DNA of 62,079 nucleotides, filler included, from Choristocarpus tenellus KU-1152 (GCA_964200185.2; 11 parts of 11 records of this genome joined end to end with filler, not necessarily neighbours in it); one strand, 5' to 3'; counted from the first letter of the whole stretch, positions 1-21,499 are shown. The notes: a model not told the origin generated them from the sequence alone. Numbers and translations: made by a program.

Positions 1-113
1 TGAAATTTTTTTTTTGCAGGGGGGGATGATGTTCCCTCCCCCCCCCCCCCCCCCCCCTTAACTAACCTGTGTATCAAATTGTGCCATTCCTCTTCCCACC
101 CCCCATCTTTCAG

Positions 114-3100
114 GAACTTTTAACGATTCTACCGGATGACACTTGTGACATACCAGAGCCCACTGAAATCCCAGAAATTGTTGATCACGAGGAGGGAAGG
201 CAAGAAGGCACCCCCCCAGCCTCTGGGGGCAGAAGATATTCAATCCCAAGCCCAGCACAACATGCGGGCAAGATGAGTCATGCAGACAACCAAACACGAA
301 TATTCGATGGGTACAGCAGGTGTGTTCAGTCTCGCCACCAAGTGTATGTGTTAGCATGGCTTGAGGTTGTGAGTTGATCCAACAAAAGCTGTGGGTTTGA
401 GATTTAAGGGTCTTTTTTAAATCTTGTATTTCTATCAGATATTTTAACATTTAGTTGATAAGTCAGGTTCTTGAATGTATGTTAATTTTGACGCTTGTTT
501 GTACACACACTGGCTCTATGCACATTTCAATTTAGTTTTTTTCTTTTGATCTGTTTTTTTTTATCCTCTCAACTCACAACACCAGCCCATGGAGTAGGTG
601 TAGAATGGAGTGTAGATAGATCTCATGAACTGACTTGATGTGGTTGTTTCTTTGCGATCAAGAATCGACAACCATGATTTTGTTTATTGTGAATGTTCTG
701 TTTTGGTGGACATTTTGGTCAGTAACTACCTATCACATGTAGTGTTGTGAATTGCATTGATTGGATTGGTGTGCTATAAAATGGAATATAGTTTACATTG
801 AATGTTGAGGGATTAGGCTTTGCTTGGGCATTTGGGGGTTAGGGGTGATGCGCGATGGTGTGAGTTGAGTGGATTAATTTTGTTGTATCTATGAACGATT
901 TTTGCACATGATGATTATCATTAGGTAGGTACAATGATGAGATGTCTGGAGTCAGGTAGGTGTGTGCTTGCCAAACATTTTGATTCACAGTGCTAATGAA
1001 TACTGCTGTATGAACAATATGATATCTGATGAAAATCGTGTAAGTGGATTGGAGGTGTGTGTTATTAGGTCTTCAAGGCCGAATTTTTTATAGTGTTGGC
1101 AAACTCTGAGAAGTACAGCTTGATTGCTGCTGGTGGAAGCAGGTGATGACCTTCACATGGTTTGCTTACAGCCGTGTGCCTTGTCTGTAGGGTGAAATAC
1201 ACTCTACCTTGTCTCCCCACTCTACCTGCAGGCCCTTCGGTTTGGTTGGATGCAATTGTAGGGTGAAAACACTTGTGATGTATTATGATGGCTTATCCGC
1301 TATATTCAGGAAGTACATTATTACTGTTTTATTTGATGGATCATAGGTTGAGGAAGTCTTCAGGGTGCTCCTTTTAGGTATGTATACATGCGTTGTATTA
1401 TCAAGTGAATTATTTGGAGATTTCAATATTTTTTCTTTTTTGTTGTAGGTTAGAGTATTATTAGTATTATTAGAGTACGTCTACTTACTGTATGCGGCTG
1501 GCTCACTAACTCACTAATTAGGTTCTGTTCAAATGTGAAATATTAATTAATTGCCTTGTGCAGTGGAAGCATTTGATTGGTATTAATGTATCAAATGTTA
1601 TTGTCTTTCCTTCTTTTTTTATTTTATTTATCAGGACTTCGACGGGTACATCGCCTCGTGTGCTCTCACCCCCCGTGCTGGCTACAGACGGTGGCTCATC
1701 TTACTCCACATCGAACTCTATCACAGCCGTACCATCACCAGCTGGGGGAGGGAATATGACTGCATCAAAGATGGGCTACCTTCACATCAAGAATCAGGTC
1801 AGTTATTGATAGGTGTGTTGGCTGCTGCAATAATGAGGTTGAATGTGCTTCCAAGTGTTGTAGATGTGAGTGTCATAGAGATGACTGAAGAGAGTATTTA
1901 GGGATGTGGATGTTTGATCACTCTTGCCTTTTGTGCTGCACTATTGCTCTTACTGTTTCTGGGTAAGTTATTTATCTCTTGAGTTATTTTCATCTCTTCT
2001 GTCTTTCTTGTTGTGGACATCACTCACCTCCTCTCTGTCAGGGCCTTGGCTTCCGCAATTGGAAGAAGAGATGGTTTGTGCTCAATGGAGGAGACCTTGT
2101 GTGTTACAAGGATGGTGGCTTGATTGAAACAGTGAGATTACATGGGTGCTACATTGTACGTGGGAAGGTGAGGACACTTATAAAGGCATTCGTTTGGGGT
2201 TGATCTTTTTTGCTGGTGTGGGTGGGGGATCTTTTTTGTAGGTGTGCCCCAGAACACTCTGTTTTTGATTGTCCGAAGTCCAGGTCAGTGGACTTATGAG
2301 AGATATGGACTGTTGCCATTCCTGTGGTCGGGAGTGAAAAACATAAACATAATTTCTGTGTGCATATGTTGCCAGCTGTGGAATATTTTATTTATTTGTT
2401 ATAATATATTGTATTATAATTATTCTGTTAGATACCTTTGCTCTTTTGTCTCGTTTTTTTCTTTTGATGTTGTCATGCAACAGGATTTATTTTTTGAGCA
2501 CCGGTGTTGCATTGTTATATTGTACGCTACTAGCATTTTTATTTATTTATGAGTTACTCTCAACATTTCTGGGCTCTGGAAATTAAAAAATTCTGCAGGC
2601 TTTGAGGTTCCAGATTGTGAAGCTTGGTGCACAGAATGAAATGTCTCAAGGTGTAGATGGGGTGGAGGAGATGGAGCTGGCTGCAATGAGCCGACACTCA
2701 CTTGAGGCCTGGCTGACTGCAGTTCAGGTCAGGGTGATGTTCTCGGTTGCATGTAGTTATCCTTCTGTTTGACTTTCTGTGCATGACTGTGACTCTTATT
2801 TTGCAATCTTGAGAAAAATCTTTGGCGTTGAAGGCCATAAATGCTGTAACAACAGGATATGAAATCACTTGGTTTCGCCAGGTAAACGTTAGTACAGGGT
2901 TGTTGAGCATCCCAGTTATCACAGAACAGATGAAACCAATATTGGGAATTATAATGGTCCACATATTGGCATACAGAACTTGTGTTTACACTTTATGTGT
3001 TGGGCAGTCCCTTGATTGGCAGGAACTTGCGTGTATTGTATTGTGTGTCTACGTGAACATGCAGGGCCTGTATGTGCATGCTGATGAGTGTTTTGTTTGA

Positions 3101-6100
3101 TGCGGCAGTGGAGCTTCCCTCAACAAAATGGGGTGACTGAGAAGTGATACCCAGTCTGTTATCTGAAAGAAATCCAGTGACCACTCCCTTGCACACTTGT
3201 TCATCTTGTGGAAGAGGTTCTTCATAGGAAGGACCCATGATATGTCACTCCGATTTTGGTTGTCAATCCAGTGAATCTGCCAAGTTCTTCTGAGTGGCGC
3301 TAAGTGCTTGTCATTAGTGTATCTCCTGTTAGCATGCTTTCCTACACTTCTGAGACTGCTGCCCCTGCCCCTCCAATAAAGGGTGGGTGGTGTTTTAGGT
3401 CAGGGTGTGCTTGCTCTAAGAAGCTTTGATTGTGTTAGTTGTTCTGTTAGCATGACCTAACTGGTGTGTGACTCCCCTGCTAGCTTGTGTGTTGTAGAAT
3501 CAATAGTGTAAGTCTAGTCTAGTCTAGTCTGATCTAGTCTATTGTGGCATTGGTGTTGTGTTGCACTCAAATGATACCCTCATGAACAACACCCATGTGT
3601 TCGTTGCAGGGCGGTATTGACTATGCCAATGGACAAGGGGAAATGAGCCCTAAGAAGGGGCCTGTTCACCAGTTGAGCTTTGAGGAAGGTTTTGGAGATG
3701 CAGACAGTGTGATGGACTGGTTGCTAGATCTTCGTCTTGAAGAGCTGTGGCCAAGTTTTGAAGCAGAGGGGTGAGCGCTGAGTGCATGTTGAGATTGTCA
3801 GTCAGTTGTAGCGCAAGTAACACCTGGTACTTGCAATACACAGAGAGTGTCGGTCCCCAGTTTGATGGTAGTCTTGTTATCATGCCTGTATCAGTTGACC
3901 TGCAGTATTAGCATTAGTGGTACAAACCTGTCCAACTTACCTGACTTTGAACATACTGTTTTGACTGTGCAGGTATACAGACATGAAACGGATAAAGCAA
4001 CAGGGACTCAATGCGACAGACTTGGACAAGCTGCAGATCAGAAATCCATTACACCGAAGGTAGACACTTGTTCACTCTTTGCGGATCAGAAATCCACTTC
4101 TTTCTCACCTCCACTGACTTCCTGTCCCATTCGAATCTGTGGGTGTTGGGTATGCAATTCCCAAGTAATTTCTGTGTCAATACAAAAACACGTAATGAAG
4201 TCTGCTTTCATGTGCTTGGATGTGTATAGTCTAAGGGTTGTATCCTGGGTGATAGGGGGATGTGTTACTTTCAAGATGTGGGAAGGAATCGAGTGCGACA
4301 TGCTGTAAGGTAGGCCGTGGATATCTTTTTGGCTGTACTGTGTTGTTGGACTATTTTTGAGAACTCCATGTTTTTCGGGTGTGTGTGCGCCATGCACAAA
4401 GCCAAATTGCAATTGTCTGAACAATAACAGACAAGTTCCAGGTTCAAGGCAGCATTGTCAGCATTGTCAGCAAAGTGTGTCTTCACAGCAGTATGTATCT
4501 ATGTAGGAGGGACTGCACTCTCATATGTCTTATGCAGTGTTGCTAAATGGTTTTGTTTTTGTCCTAGCATGTTAACACCATCCATCTTGAAAAAACAATC
4601 CAAATTGTTCTCCGTAAAAAATTGTTGATGGGCCAATTGGGATGGTGTTGTTATATTCCCCACTAGTGGTGCACATATTTTACAGATGCTTTCAATAATT
4701 TTTTGAATAGTCATTGTGCTGTGCCCACAGATCACAATTCTCTTTTTATTACTGGTTGTTGAATAGACACATACTTTGGGTGGTGTTTCCATGTAGAGCT
4801 CTCTTTTTCCCAGTAGTGTTATCTTTAAATACTCTACTTTATGTCCAGTGTGCAAGCTATTAAAATAGTCTATGAAGATAGTTTCACTTGGTCATTTGTG
4901 TGGTGTATGCAGTATTCTTTATTGAATACTTCAATACTGCCTACTTGAGGTTTGGCTTACATTGTGAATTCGTTCAATTTTAAACGCAGTATATTTGGTA
5001 ACATTTGATGTATTAGAGTTTTTGGGGAAGGACACATTTTCACTAAAATCTTTTCAGCCTCAACTTTTGCATAAATTGTCGCCACCATTGCACACTCAAA
5101 TGGAGCAACTGTTCCCCCTTTGGTGCTTACATGCAAGGTTCATAACCATTTTAATGGAATGGTACAATATCCCTTTAACCTCTGTTTTTTTACAATCTGC
5201 ATATCTCCAGATACTTGATAGATCTTGGGAGATGTCCTTTCCACACAGGGCTGAAGATTTCTGTTGTCAGCTACCGGACGATTGGGGATATTGTCATGTT
5301 CAAAGTTGTGGCAGAATGGCGGGCATGGTACTCAAAAACTGAGAAGCTTTATACGGACTTCAACAAGCTTCACAACAAACTCCGGTGAGTGCCTCCTGAA
5401 CTGGTACCATGTCTCTCCTCCTGTATCTGTCATGAGTGGGTTGTTTTATTGTATATATATTATCTAATGTCCTTAAGTTTACTTTTAAGGATAATATATA
5501 TATATATATATTATATTTTACTACACCACTGTTGACCAACATTTTGTAGGACACCATCATTTGTCAAATCTGACTTTCCTTTGTATTTGAAAAGTCCAAT
5601 ATTACACCTCTTGATACTGGGTAAGGTGTAGGACTAGAGGACTTTCCTTGTTTTTTAAAGTCATTATAAGCACTTGGGTCAAGGTATCCTGCCTAAAATA
5701 TATTAATCTGTTGAAATGTTGGCAACAGGTTAGCAATCTCCATGGATGAGATCCAAAATAGAATCATACCCCACAAGCAGTACACCTGAAGTGTACTCGA
5801 CAAGGCTTGACCTTACAGAATGGATACATTAAATTGTTTTCATGTTAGTTAAGTATGGGTTTTTAGTTGCTTCCTCAAGATCGAGAAGTTCATTGTTTTT
5901 CCCCAAGGCTAGTTAGTGACTTGCTATCCTCAAAAGTTTTCATGAGAGTTTTCCCATAACAGTACTTAGTTGAATCTTAACACCTTGTGTTCTGTGTAAC
6001 TCTTGTACCTGAAATTTAATCACAGACGGGCACTCAAGGAGGCCAATTGCCCATTGATGACCCAGATGCCACAGCTGCCGGGAAAGGGGCAGGTGAATGT

Positions 6101-6708
6101 CTGTAGTGCTCAGCAGTTACTGAACCACATGTGTGTCATTAAGTTGTACAAATATTTTCCAAAACTTGTATAGCTTAAAGCTCGATTCACACCTCCCTAT
6201 GATCGGGTTTGGACAAGTACAGCTCTTCCCACAAACTGACTCCTCAGTGAGGCTCAAGTGTGTGCAGTGGGCAAAGTTGGCCTTGAAGCATGCCCCATGA
6301 CCTATTCCAGAGCAATATAGAAATTACCTAATAGAAGTGTTCAAGATCTGCATTGAATCACAGTATGGAGGTGTGCAGTATTTTCTGCAAACAAGCCTCA
6401 ACAAAGACCTTTGCTTCTTTGTTGATGATATGCACACAGGTGGTACAAAACCAAGACCCTGCTTTCTTGCTTTCAAGGAAAACAGACCTGCAGGTGTATC
6501 TTCGAGAGGTAAGGCAAAAGCTTATTCATAGAGAAGAGAGACACTCGAAGTATTGTATCTTGACAAAAATGTGTGCACGTGTCCTTCAAAGTTCGATATC
6601 AATGCCTGACCAGTTCACTCCTTGACATGCCAGGTTGCAGGCCTTGTGGAGACTCAGGAACCTTTCTTCAGTCTCCTGTGTGAATCGCTGGACCTCCTCA
6701 GCCGTTGA
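114..6708 (+). CDS. PH-SAM-PX domain protein, 5' end upstream of window; exons 114-319, 1635-1797, 2042-2167, 2599-2727, 3610-3770, 3973-4059, 5211-5384, 6026-6092, 6440-6508, 6634-6708
   Basis: All introns are GT-AG with consistent phase. PH: KMGYLHIKNQGLGFRNWKKRWFVL...ELAAMSRHSLEAWLTAVQ. SAM: VMDWLLDLRLEELWPSFEAEGYTDM...DLDKLQIRNPLHRR. PX: KLYTDFNKLHNKL...MPQLPGK...FLLSRKTDLQVYLRE. Stop TGA at 6706-6708. Confidence 0.85.
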
Positions 6709-6948
6709 CCATTAGATACGGTGTCTTTCCACTTTTACTTAAGTCTGTGCTGCGCCACCAAGAGTGGTGGCAGCTGATTCATGCAGGTGCTCAGTTCCTT
6801 TGGATCAAGTCACAAGTACTTTTAATACTTAGCATTAATTTATGTATACATGCTGAACACTTCAAGAAGGATGCTTCAAATGAATTACCAATTTAGATGT
6901 GTCACCCTGCTGTCCTGGCACTTCCTTAGACCTCTGCTATGAAAATTC

Positions 6949-8569
6949 TCATGGCTCATCTTCAGATCCGTAGGTTTCTACCTCAGACCTTTTGTCCTCT
7001 TTGCCCATGGCAGCCTTAACCTTTGCCTTGAGCTTCTCGACTGGTCCCATCTGTTCAAGGGGAAATGATTGTTGGGTACTTCATAAGTGATTCGAAGTAT
7101 GTACTACGTAGGCCAGGTCGTATGTTGCATTAGTTAGCTGTTAGAAGATTAAAATGTGAAGCATATAGATCTCTACAGCGAGTCAAGTTGATGGAACAAC
7201 AGACTTTTTTATATACAGAAGGTGCTTACATGATGCAACAATGGTGCCCAGTACCAACTCAGTACACTATTGGTGTTCTGTAATATAGAAAATTAAACCA
7301 CATTGAACCAGTCTACTACATTTAGCAGCTTTCCACATGCACGTACGTACCTTTTTCAGTGACCGTGGCTTCATGTCAAGCATTTCTGCGGGAGATGAAC
7401 TAGGAGGTAGGAATAATTGGCATACCTCCCCTGCTGCCCTGTGGGGAAAAAAAAATCATCAAAGTAATCAATGTTACGTATCTGCAAGGTTTACACATCC
7501 ACAATTAGGGTGTCAATAGCATGATCAATGCAAATAACTGAAGCCTTCAATAGCAGAGTATGCCAAAATGACACTTGTGAGTCCATTTTTGTACTCCTGA
7601 CAAATGTTATTTTTGGGACGACATGCTCATACACTTGTGGTATTATCTCACCAATTTCTGAAATTGGGCCATGTGGTGGCCCCACAGATTGCCTGCTTGG
7701 TGACAGTGTTGTAGAAAAATGGCAGACCTCTGTAGAAGACAAGGGAGAAAAAAGAGAATTGTTCAGTGTAAAGAATAATCCAAGTTCCCAACGCAGGTTG
7801 AAGGAAGAGGAAGTGATAATGAATGACTACTTGTAGAGACATTTTAGGCATTGGAAAGTAATAGACTTGGATTAATTGCGACAGCGGACATGATATCTCG
7901 AAGACCAATGATATGAGCAACACTATTAAAATAGACGATGTCATTTTTGGTGAGAAATGGAAATATCCTTGGGAAAATACCTGCAGTGCGTTTTGCGATC
8001 GAGAAGGGACATAAACTTATACTCAGTTGACCCCTCCCACACCATGTGTCTCTTGAACTCGACCCTGAAGAGCTTCCTTACCCTATCCATCAGAGGGAGC
8101 ATTGCCTGTCATAGGAGGGAAATATTCATCACTAAAAAATCTCGGTAGCTAAATCTTGATTCTCGGTTTGTCACGCTACGCATGTCGGATATGGTGCCGA
8201 ACTCTAGGTATTTTCATGACTATTATAAGCCTAAACTGGATGAACAAAGATGCGACGAGTGGACAAGGAGTTGTTGGGGTGAGCATGATATAGCAACCTT
8301 TGCATTTTATTCGTAGATGGAGAAACAAATCTATCATTACTTACATCACAGTGTTCACAATTAGCTCCATGGAACTCTAGCAATGTCGGCTCGCCAGGTT
8401 CGGGAATAATCCCGCCCAACGCGCCTAAAGCTAACGGCAATCGTGCCCAACCTCCTCGACCGTTCGCATTCACTCTCCCTCTCACAGCTGTATTACTTTC
8501 CGCCGCAGATCCACAAAGCAGGAAAGCAATTACTACACATAGTGCTCGAGTCACTTTCAATAACCACAT
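6949..8569 (-). CDS. Thioredoxin-fold protein with CEHC motif and N-terminal signal peptide; exons 8569-8345, 8105-7981, 7729-7652, 7438-7351, 7050-6949
   Basis: Spliced product MWLLKVTRALCVVIAFLLCGSAA...LLEFHGANCEHCDAMLPLMDRV...HCRGLPFFYNTVTKQAICGATTWPNFRNWAAG...EDEP*. Phases are consistent. CxxC plus a candidate cis-Pro 'GLPF' motif fit the Trx fold. Confidence 0.85.
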
Positions 8570-8782
8570 GCCCTACGCCTGTATCCAACTGTAATGGTTG
8601 CTTAGTTGAAGCCGTGTATTATTGTAGGTTATTTTCAACACTTGGCAGGGTCAGGAATGCTTCCTTGGAAGGCTTCGGTCCGTACCTAAGTACAACACAA
8701 CATACAAAGAAAGGTGTACATTGTGACTGTGTGTCCTTTCCTGCAGTGTGAGGAACCTGCGGAAGCTCCCAGGGGACGAAAT
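8570..8782. promoter_or_regulatory. Probable bidirectional promoter between divergent Trx-like and GluRS genes
   Basis: Only 213 nt separate the two inferred start codons on opposite strands. Confidence 0.55.
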
Positions 8783-16199
<7,417 letters not shown>

Positions 16200-17260
16200 G
16201 TTCTTTAAATAGACTTCCTTGCTAGTCTGTCTCAAGCATTCTGCAGGTCCTTCCATATGCCATCTCAATGTATTCATGGCTTATGGTTGAAATGAACATG
16301 AGATTCCTTTAGAGTGTCAAAGTGAAAGTAACAAAGGATGATGTGATTCATTGGTGTATTCAACAACATTCTAGCTAGTGGACTAAAGCACAAACTGTGT
16401 GGATGATAGGCAATGTGAATCAGAATCGTTCTTGAAGGTGAGTTAATTTTGGGGGGGTTTCCTGTTGACAGCTGATGACGGATTGTGACTGAGAGTTGAA
16501 GTGACTTGGTATACGTGGTACTGGAAAGAAGACATGGAATCTTTAGAAGGTAATTAATGTATTGCCATTATCATAGTATTTTGATAGAGTGGAGGTTCTG
16601 GGTGTCGTGAGGAAAATTGGGGGTGAGAAGTATTACCAGTCAAGACTCCATTGGTGTGGTGATTTGAAGGAAGTGGACCTTGAACAGAGAGTTAAATCTA
16701 AATCAGTATATTGGAAAGGGTGGGGTGATCATCCAGAATCAATACAAAAATAAAATAAAGATTATAAGCAATGTTGCTGATCCTACACTTGTCTCCTTGG
16801 TGGGAATAAGATCGTTGGGTTTTGGACATTCAACATGGAAGAAGGATTGGCAGGGACAAGGTACTGAGCCAACCAGCTTAGGTGTCCAGTGGTGGTGTGC
16901 TAGATGCAAGAACTAGTCAATGTATCTCAAGATCAAGTACACCTCGCCTGATTGTTCACATTGAGGACATGAATCACTTGAGCCAGCAAACCTGGCCTTG
17001 ATGGACAACACATGCACCTTACAAGGCATCTTTGACAAGGACAGGCATTCTTCAGGTTGTACGTACGTTTGTTGAACATTTGTTCAACTCTCCCCGCCTT
17101 CCCTTCTGTTATTTTATATATAATATTGTAACACAAAAAAGTGCATTCTCTTCGCACCATAGTTTTTTTTACAGGTATTGTTTTTATTTCATTTGCAGGG
17201 ATAGCATTGTCAAGATATTGAGATACCAGTATGCCACCATTGTGTCAAGTGGGAATTATT

Positions 17261-17351
17261 AGTAGTACCTCAGTGGTATGCAGTATACATAGCGTTATCT
17301 CTTTATCTTTACTAACTCACAGGTCGCAGGTTTGAACCCTGGTTGGACCAC
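17261..17351 (+). mobile_element. Degenerate tRNA-derived (SINE-head-like) sequence
   Basis: A-box-like TACCTCAGTGGT and a T-arm/B-box segment AGGTCGCAGGTTTGAACCCTG. Confidence 0.35.
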
Positions 17352-19812
17352 TTCATTGACTCCCTACACTCTTTGCTGTGGGATGATATTAAATTGACAG
17401 TGATGCATCCTCAAAGGACAATGGGAAATGCCAAGATTGAGATAGATAACCATGGTGGGGTCATGGTAGATGGATTGAGGATGAAGGCAAATTTAATAGC
17501 TGCTGATTGAATAATAACTGTAATGATAGAGGAACTTACAACTTCAGCAAGAGGTCTAGAGATACTCTAGAGAATATGAAAGAGATGAGGCCCTGGATGT
17601 GATGTTGCATGGTTCCGTTCTCAGCTCCTGGGTCATGGTAGAAGGTACATGCAATAATATGGCTCTGAAGTCATCGGGTCCTGAGTTCAGGTCTGGTTTG
17701 CTCTCTTGTCAGAGTTAGGTATAGATATGTACAGATCAGGTAAAGGTTGGATCTGTGGTTTCTTGACCTCAGGTATATAGGTACCTTCGTAGGGATAAAA
17801 TCTGATGTCACATATATGGTGGGTACTTGAGTTGGAAGTAAAGACAGTCAGGTCGAAGGTACAAGTAGTAGTCATCATACACAAGACAATTACAGTCAGT
17901 CTGTACTGTTATTCCAGTGTCAGAAGTCTTGCTCCTCCACCTTCGTTCCCCCCCTGCCATGCTAATGCAGTTGCCTTTTTAAGACAACCAGTGGTCATTG
18001 GAGCACCACACCATGCACTACTTGTCATACCAACTACAGCGACCAACTGTACCGCCTCCATTTGTGACATGCTTCGCAAGCATTGGGTTCAGTTTTCCTA
18101 ATGCTTTTTGCTCTGCTTCTTCCTTCAAATCCATGTGCTTGGTCTACCTTGGTATTGCTCAATGGGAGGGGAGCCTTGCCACCATGTTTGTGATCCAGAA
18201 TTTTGTGGTATAGTTACCATAGGTAAAACACAACAGTTGTGCGTAATGACCAGGTGACACCTTGTAGTGATGAAGACATTAGGTTGTGTAACATCTTATG
18301 TCTTCAGAAAAAAGAAAAAACGCCCATATAAGTGAACCTTCTCAGTAGTTACAATCTCGGTTATTCTCAATTGTTGAACTGAAGCCGATTTTTAACCATT
18401 GCAGTTCACGACACAATGTACGATCCTATCTGTAACTGTTCTCTTCTTACATGTATGTACCTTCTCTCCTTGAGTGGTATCTCAAGAATACTACGACTAC
18501 ATGGTATTGTAATAAAAGCGGTGTATTAAAGTGATCGCGACGAATCGACACCTCACTCTTAATGATAATAGTCAACCCCTTCCTTAGCCACTAAATCTTC
18601 AGCCTTGAAGAAGATACAATGAATGAGCAATAATAGTCCATCTGAGATACTACCACGGGAGACCATATACCATACCTCTGACGATGGAGGAAGGGTGAAT
18701 AAATAGGTGTAATTCCAAATTTCTTGCCTCTAGAGGAGTCCCAGTCCAGCCAGGTGACTTTTCTTAGCATCGCGAATTCATGTGTCACTCGGAACAGCGC
18801 GCGTTTCCCGTGCATCAACTTGTGTGCCAACAGATCAACCGAGTCTTAATTTCTGTCCGATTTAATTTCAACCGGAAAGTCTTTCGGTTCGAAGTGACAC
18901 TAATACTACTACAAGTGTGCAGCCCATACTGGTAGCCACGTAATCTTTGTTTGGATAATCGAAAAAGAGATTTCCATTTGAAGTAGTTGAGGGTCTATGT
19001 GAGGGTTATATTTGTGAATTCATGAAGTGTACAGTAGTAGTAGTCTTTTCAATCACAGACCCATAGGGACACTTTCATCGCATGGAGTACGTGGAATAAA
19101 AACAATCAAGGAAACGATGTATGAAAGTGTGAATCTTAGAGGGTGACTTCGCCACTCCACTACAAAAGTTACATTGCAAGGAGAACCTTACTAGATGCAT
19201 GGGCGTATTGAACCAATGATGATCCAAGAAATGAGGTTTTGAACCTGGTTGTGTCAACGAGGGTGCATACCCATTTCTTGTGGGTTTCAGTCACCATCGT
19301 GTTGCTCCTGTTCTGTATGAAGATTTTAGGTGCTCAAACCTGGGGCACGTACATAGATACACATACATGCATATGTGCAGGCAGATCTGTGCATCTTTCC
19401 TGAATATAATAAATAGTTGCATTTATACACGATTTCTGCAATGTGTGGATGTAGGTCAGTGCCAATCTACTGGCTTCTCTGAAAGAAATGCGTGGATTAA
19501 AACCTCGTCCAGCCTAAAATTTCTCTTTGAAGGGGTTTGTTTTCGCTTGACATTCTGTGTTGGTATCAATCATCTTTAAGACTGTTGGTGCACTGTTTTT
19601 GTTCCTTATAGCAACTGGACGCTGAAGGGCAAGACATCACAAAACCCTATCATACACACATAACTTTGTTTTGTGCAAACTACGAAAGTTCTCAAATAAC
19701 TAATTTCCCAAGGACGAAATCAAGTCAGGAGTCCAACCCTCATGTACAAGACCAGACCAAACGAATGCAGAGCTAAAAATTGTGATGGGACTCAATTACA
19801 TAACCTTATATA

Positions 19813-19884
19813 TGTGCAAATTACCTTGGGAGGTAATGCTATTTGTCAGTAGTGAAGATAAGAAGGTGTGAAGCCTCACACGAC
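19813..19884 (+). repeat. 72-bp terminus of a young repeat, identical to 44231-44302
   Basis: TGTGCAAATTACCTTGGGAGG...GCCTCACACGAC occurs at the ends of two different contigs. Confidence 0.85.
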
Positions 19885-19887
19885 CCC

Positions 19888-19987
19888 NNNNNNNNNNNNN
19901 NNNNNNNNNNNNNNNNNNNNNNNNNNNNNNNTTAATTAATTAANNNNNNNNNNNNNNNNNNNNNNNNNNNNNNNNNNNNNNNNNNNN
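19888..19987. other. Artificial contig linker (same linker at 24818, 29079, 32157, 35277, 39861, 44303, 47979, 53710, 57355; each 100 nt)
   Basis: N44-TTAATTAATTAA-N44, which gives stops in all six frames, repeated identically ten times. Confidence 0.98.
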
Positions 19988-21499
19988 ATGGTGAGGGGGG
20001 GGAAGGGGCCCCTGCTGAATACACTCATTATTTGCGACAGGACGTTCACCCAATCGGAAGAAGGTAACAACAGAACCTTAATTCACCACATCAAGCGCAA
20101 ATACAAGACCGAGTAAATGATGTGTAAGCAGGAAGGCATATGCTCGAAGGTGGTGAATAAGAAAAAGAATGAAGGTGTTTCAGGTTATTATCTTTCTTTT
20201 TTCCTGATTTGCCTGTAACTAGGAAATAGAAGCCTTCATCAAATATTTCCCTACTACTAAAGAAAACTCGGAAATATTGACCATCCACCTGTTGTTGCTT
20301 TGCATATAAAAGTGATCAACGAAGAATCAGCCATTCCAAGTCGTCACCAAGTCTCCTATCTGAGGTGTAAAATGAACACATCACTCGCACTTACGTAGTA
20401 CCACTCTCCAATAGATGTTAGCCCAGCAAGCAGAACCTCTAGAGAGGGACATAGATCTACACAAGCTCCTTGTTACAGGAATATTCTCCAATGAATCCAA
20501 CAACCTTCCTTTGCCATGGTGCCCCTTCACCTTTACGTGGAAGAGGCAAAGAGAGCATCGTCAAAATGTTGGAGGGATCAATGCCGGAAGTGTTTGAAGA
20601 CAGGGTAACAAGAGCTGGTGCAGCTTTAATCTTGACCCCACCACTATTGCCACCGTCGACTTATACACTGCTACTTGTTCGATGACCCCATAATGATGAT
20701 GCCTCGAGAGTATATCTCCTCGGATGAGACATTAGATTACAGTGTGTACACTGGCATTAGAGTTTCTTCTCCACTCTGGACTGACCAGTCAAGCACAGGT
20801 GAGTGCAATGTGCACACCTATCATAAATATATGCATATGTCCATATACACTAGAGGGTACCTTCAACAGAAGCACTAACACAGTATAGTTGGGAAATACT
20901 GATGGAACTACAACATGTATCTGTGATACGCTGATCCATCATCCAATACCACTAGTGGATTGGTGTCATATGATTGACTAGCTACTTTAAATATTCGCTG
21001 CAGCTCCACTGGTGGTGTCCAAGAGTGTCACGGCACCTAGTACCAACAACCTCCCTTGCTGCAATAACATTTTACACCATCCTATCCACAGCCCTTCTGC
21101 AACCCCTACAACTATCTACCTCATGTCAAACATGATTGTACCCAGTAAGTCCTCACCAAAACCCTTACAAAAACATACACATAAATACACCATATTACAA
21201 TATTCATTTGATCGACAACATTATCTTTCTCATTTCCACCCATCCCTTCAAATGCCAAGGCTAAAACCCTTGCAAGCGAATCTTTGTCATCCGCTTTGGG
21301 GAGGGGTGCCATTCACTACTCCAGCCAAGAGCATAGCCTGAGTTCATGTACAATGTGTAGGACTATGACGTAGTCAGTACCAACTTGCTGCGTCTATATT
21401 GTTCCAGTCTTCCAATTCTAACAAGGTGTGCACAGGGATTGTGAGAGATGTCAGTCAGACATCAAGCCCCCTCGTGCCCAATAAAAGTTTACCCATCAA

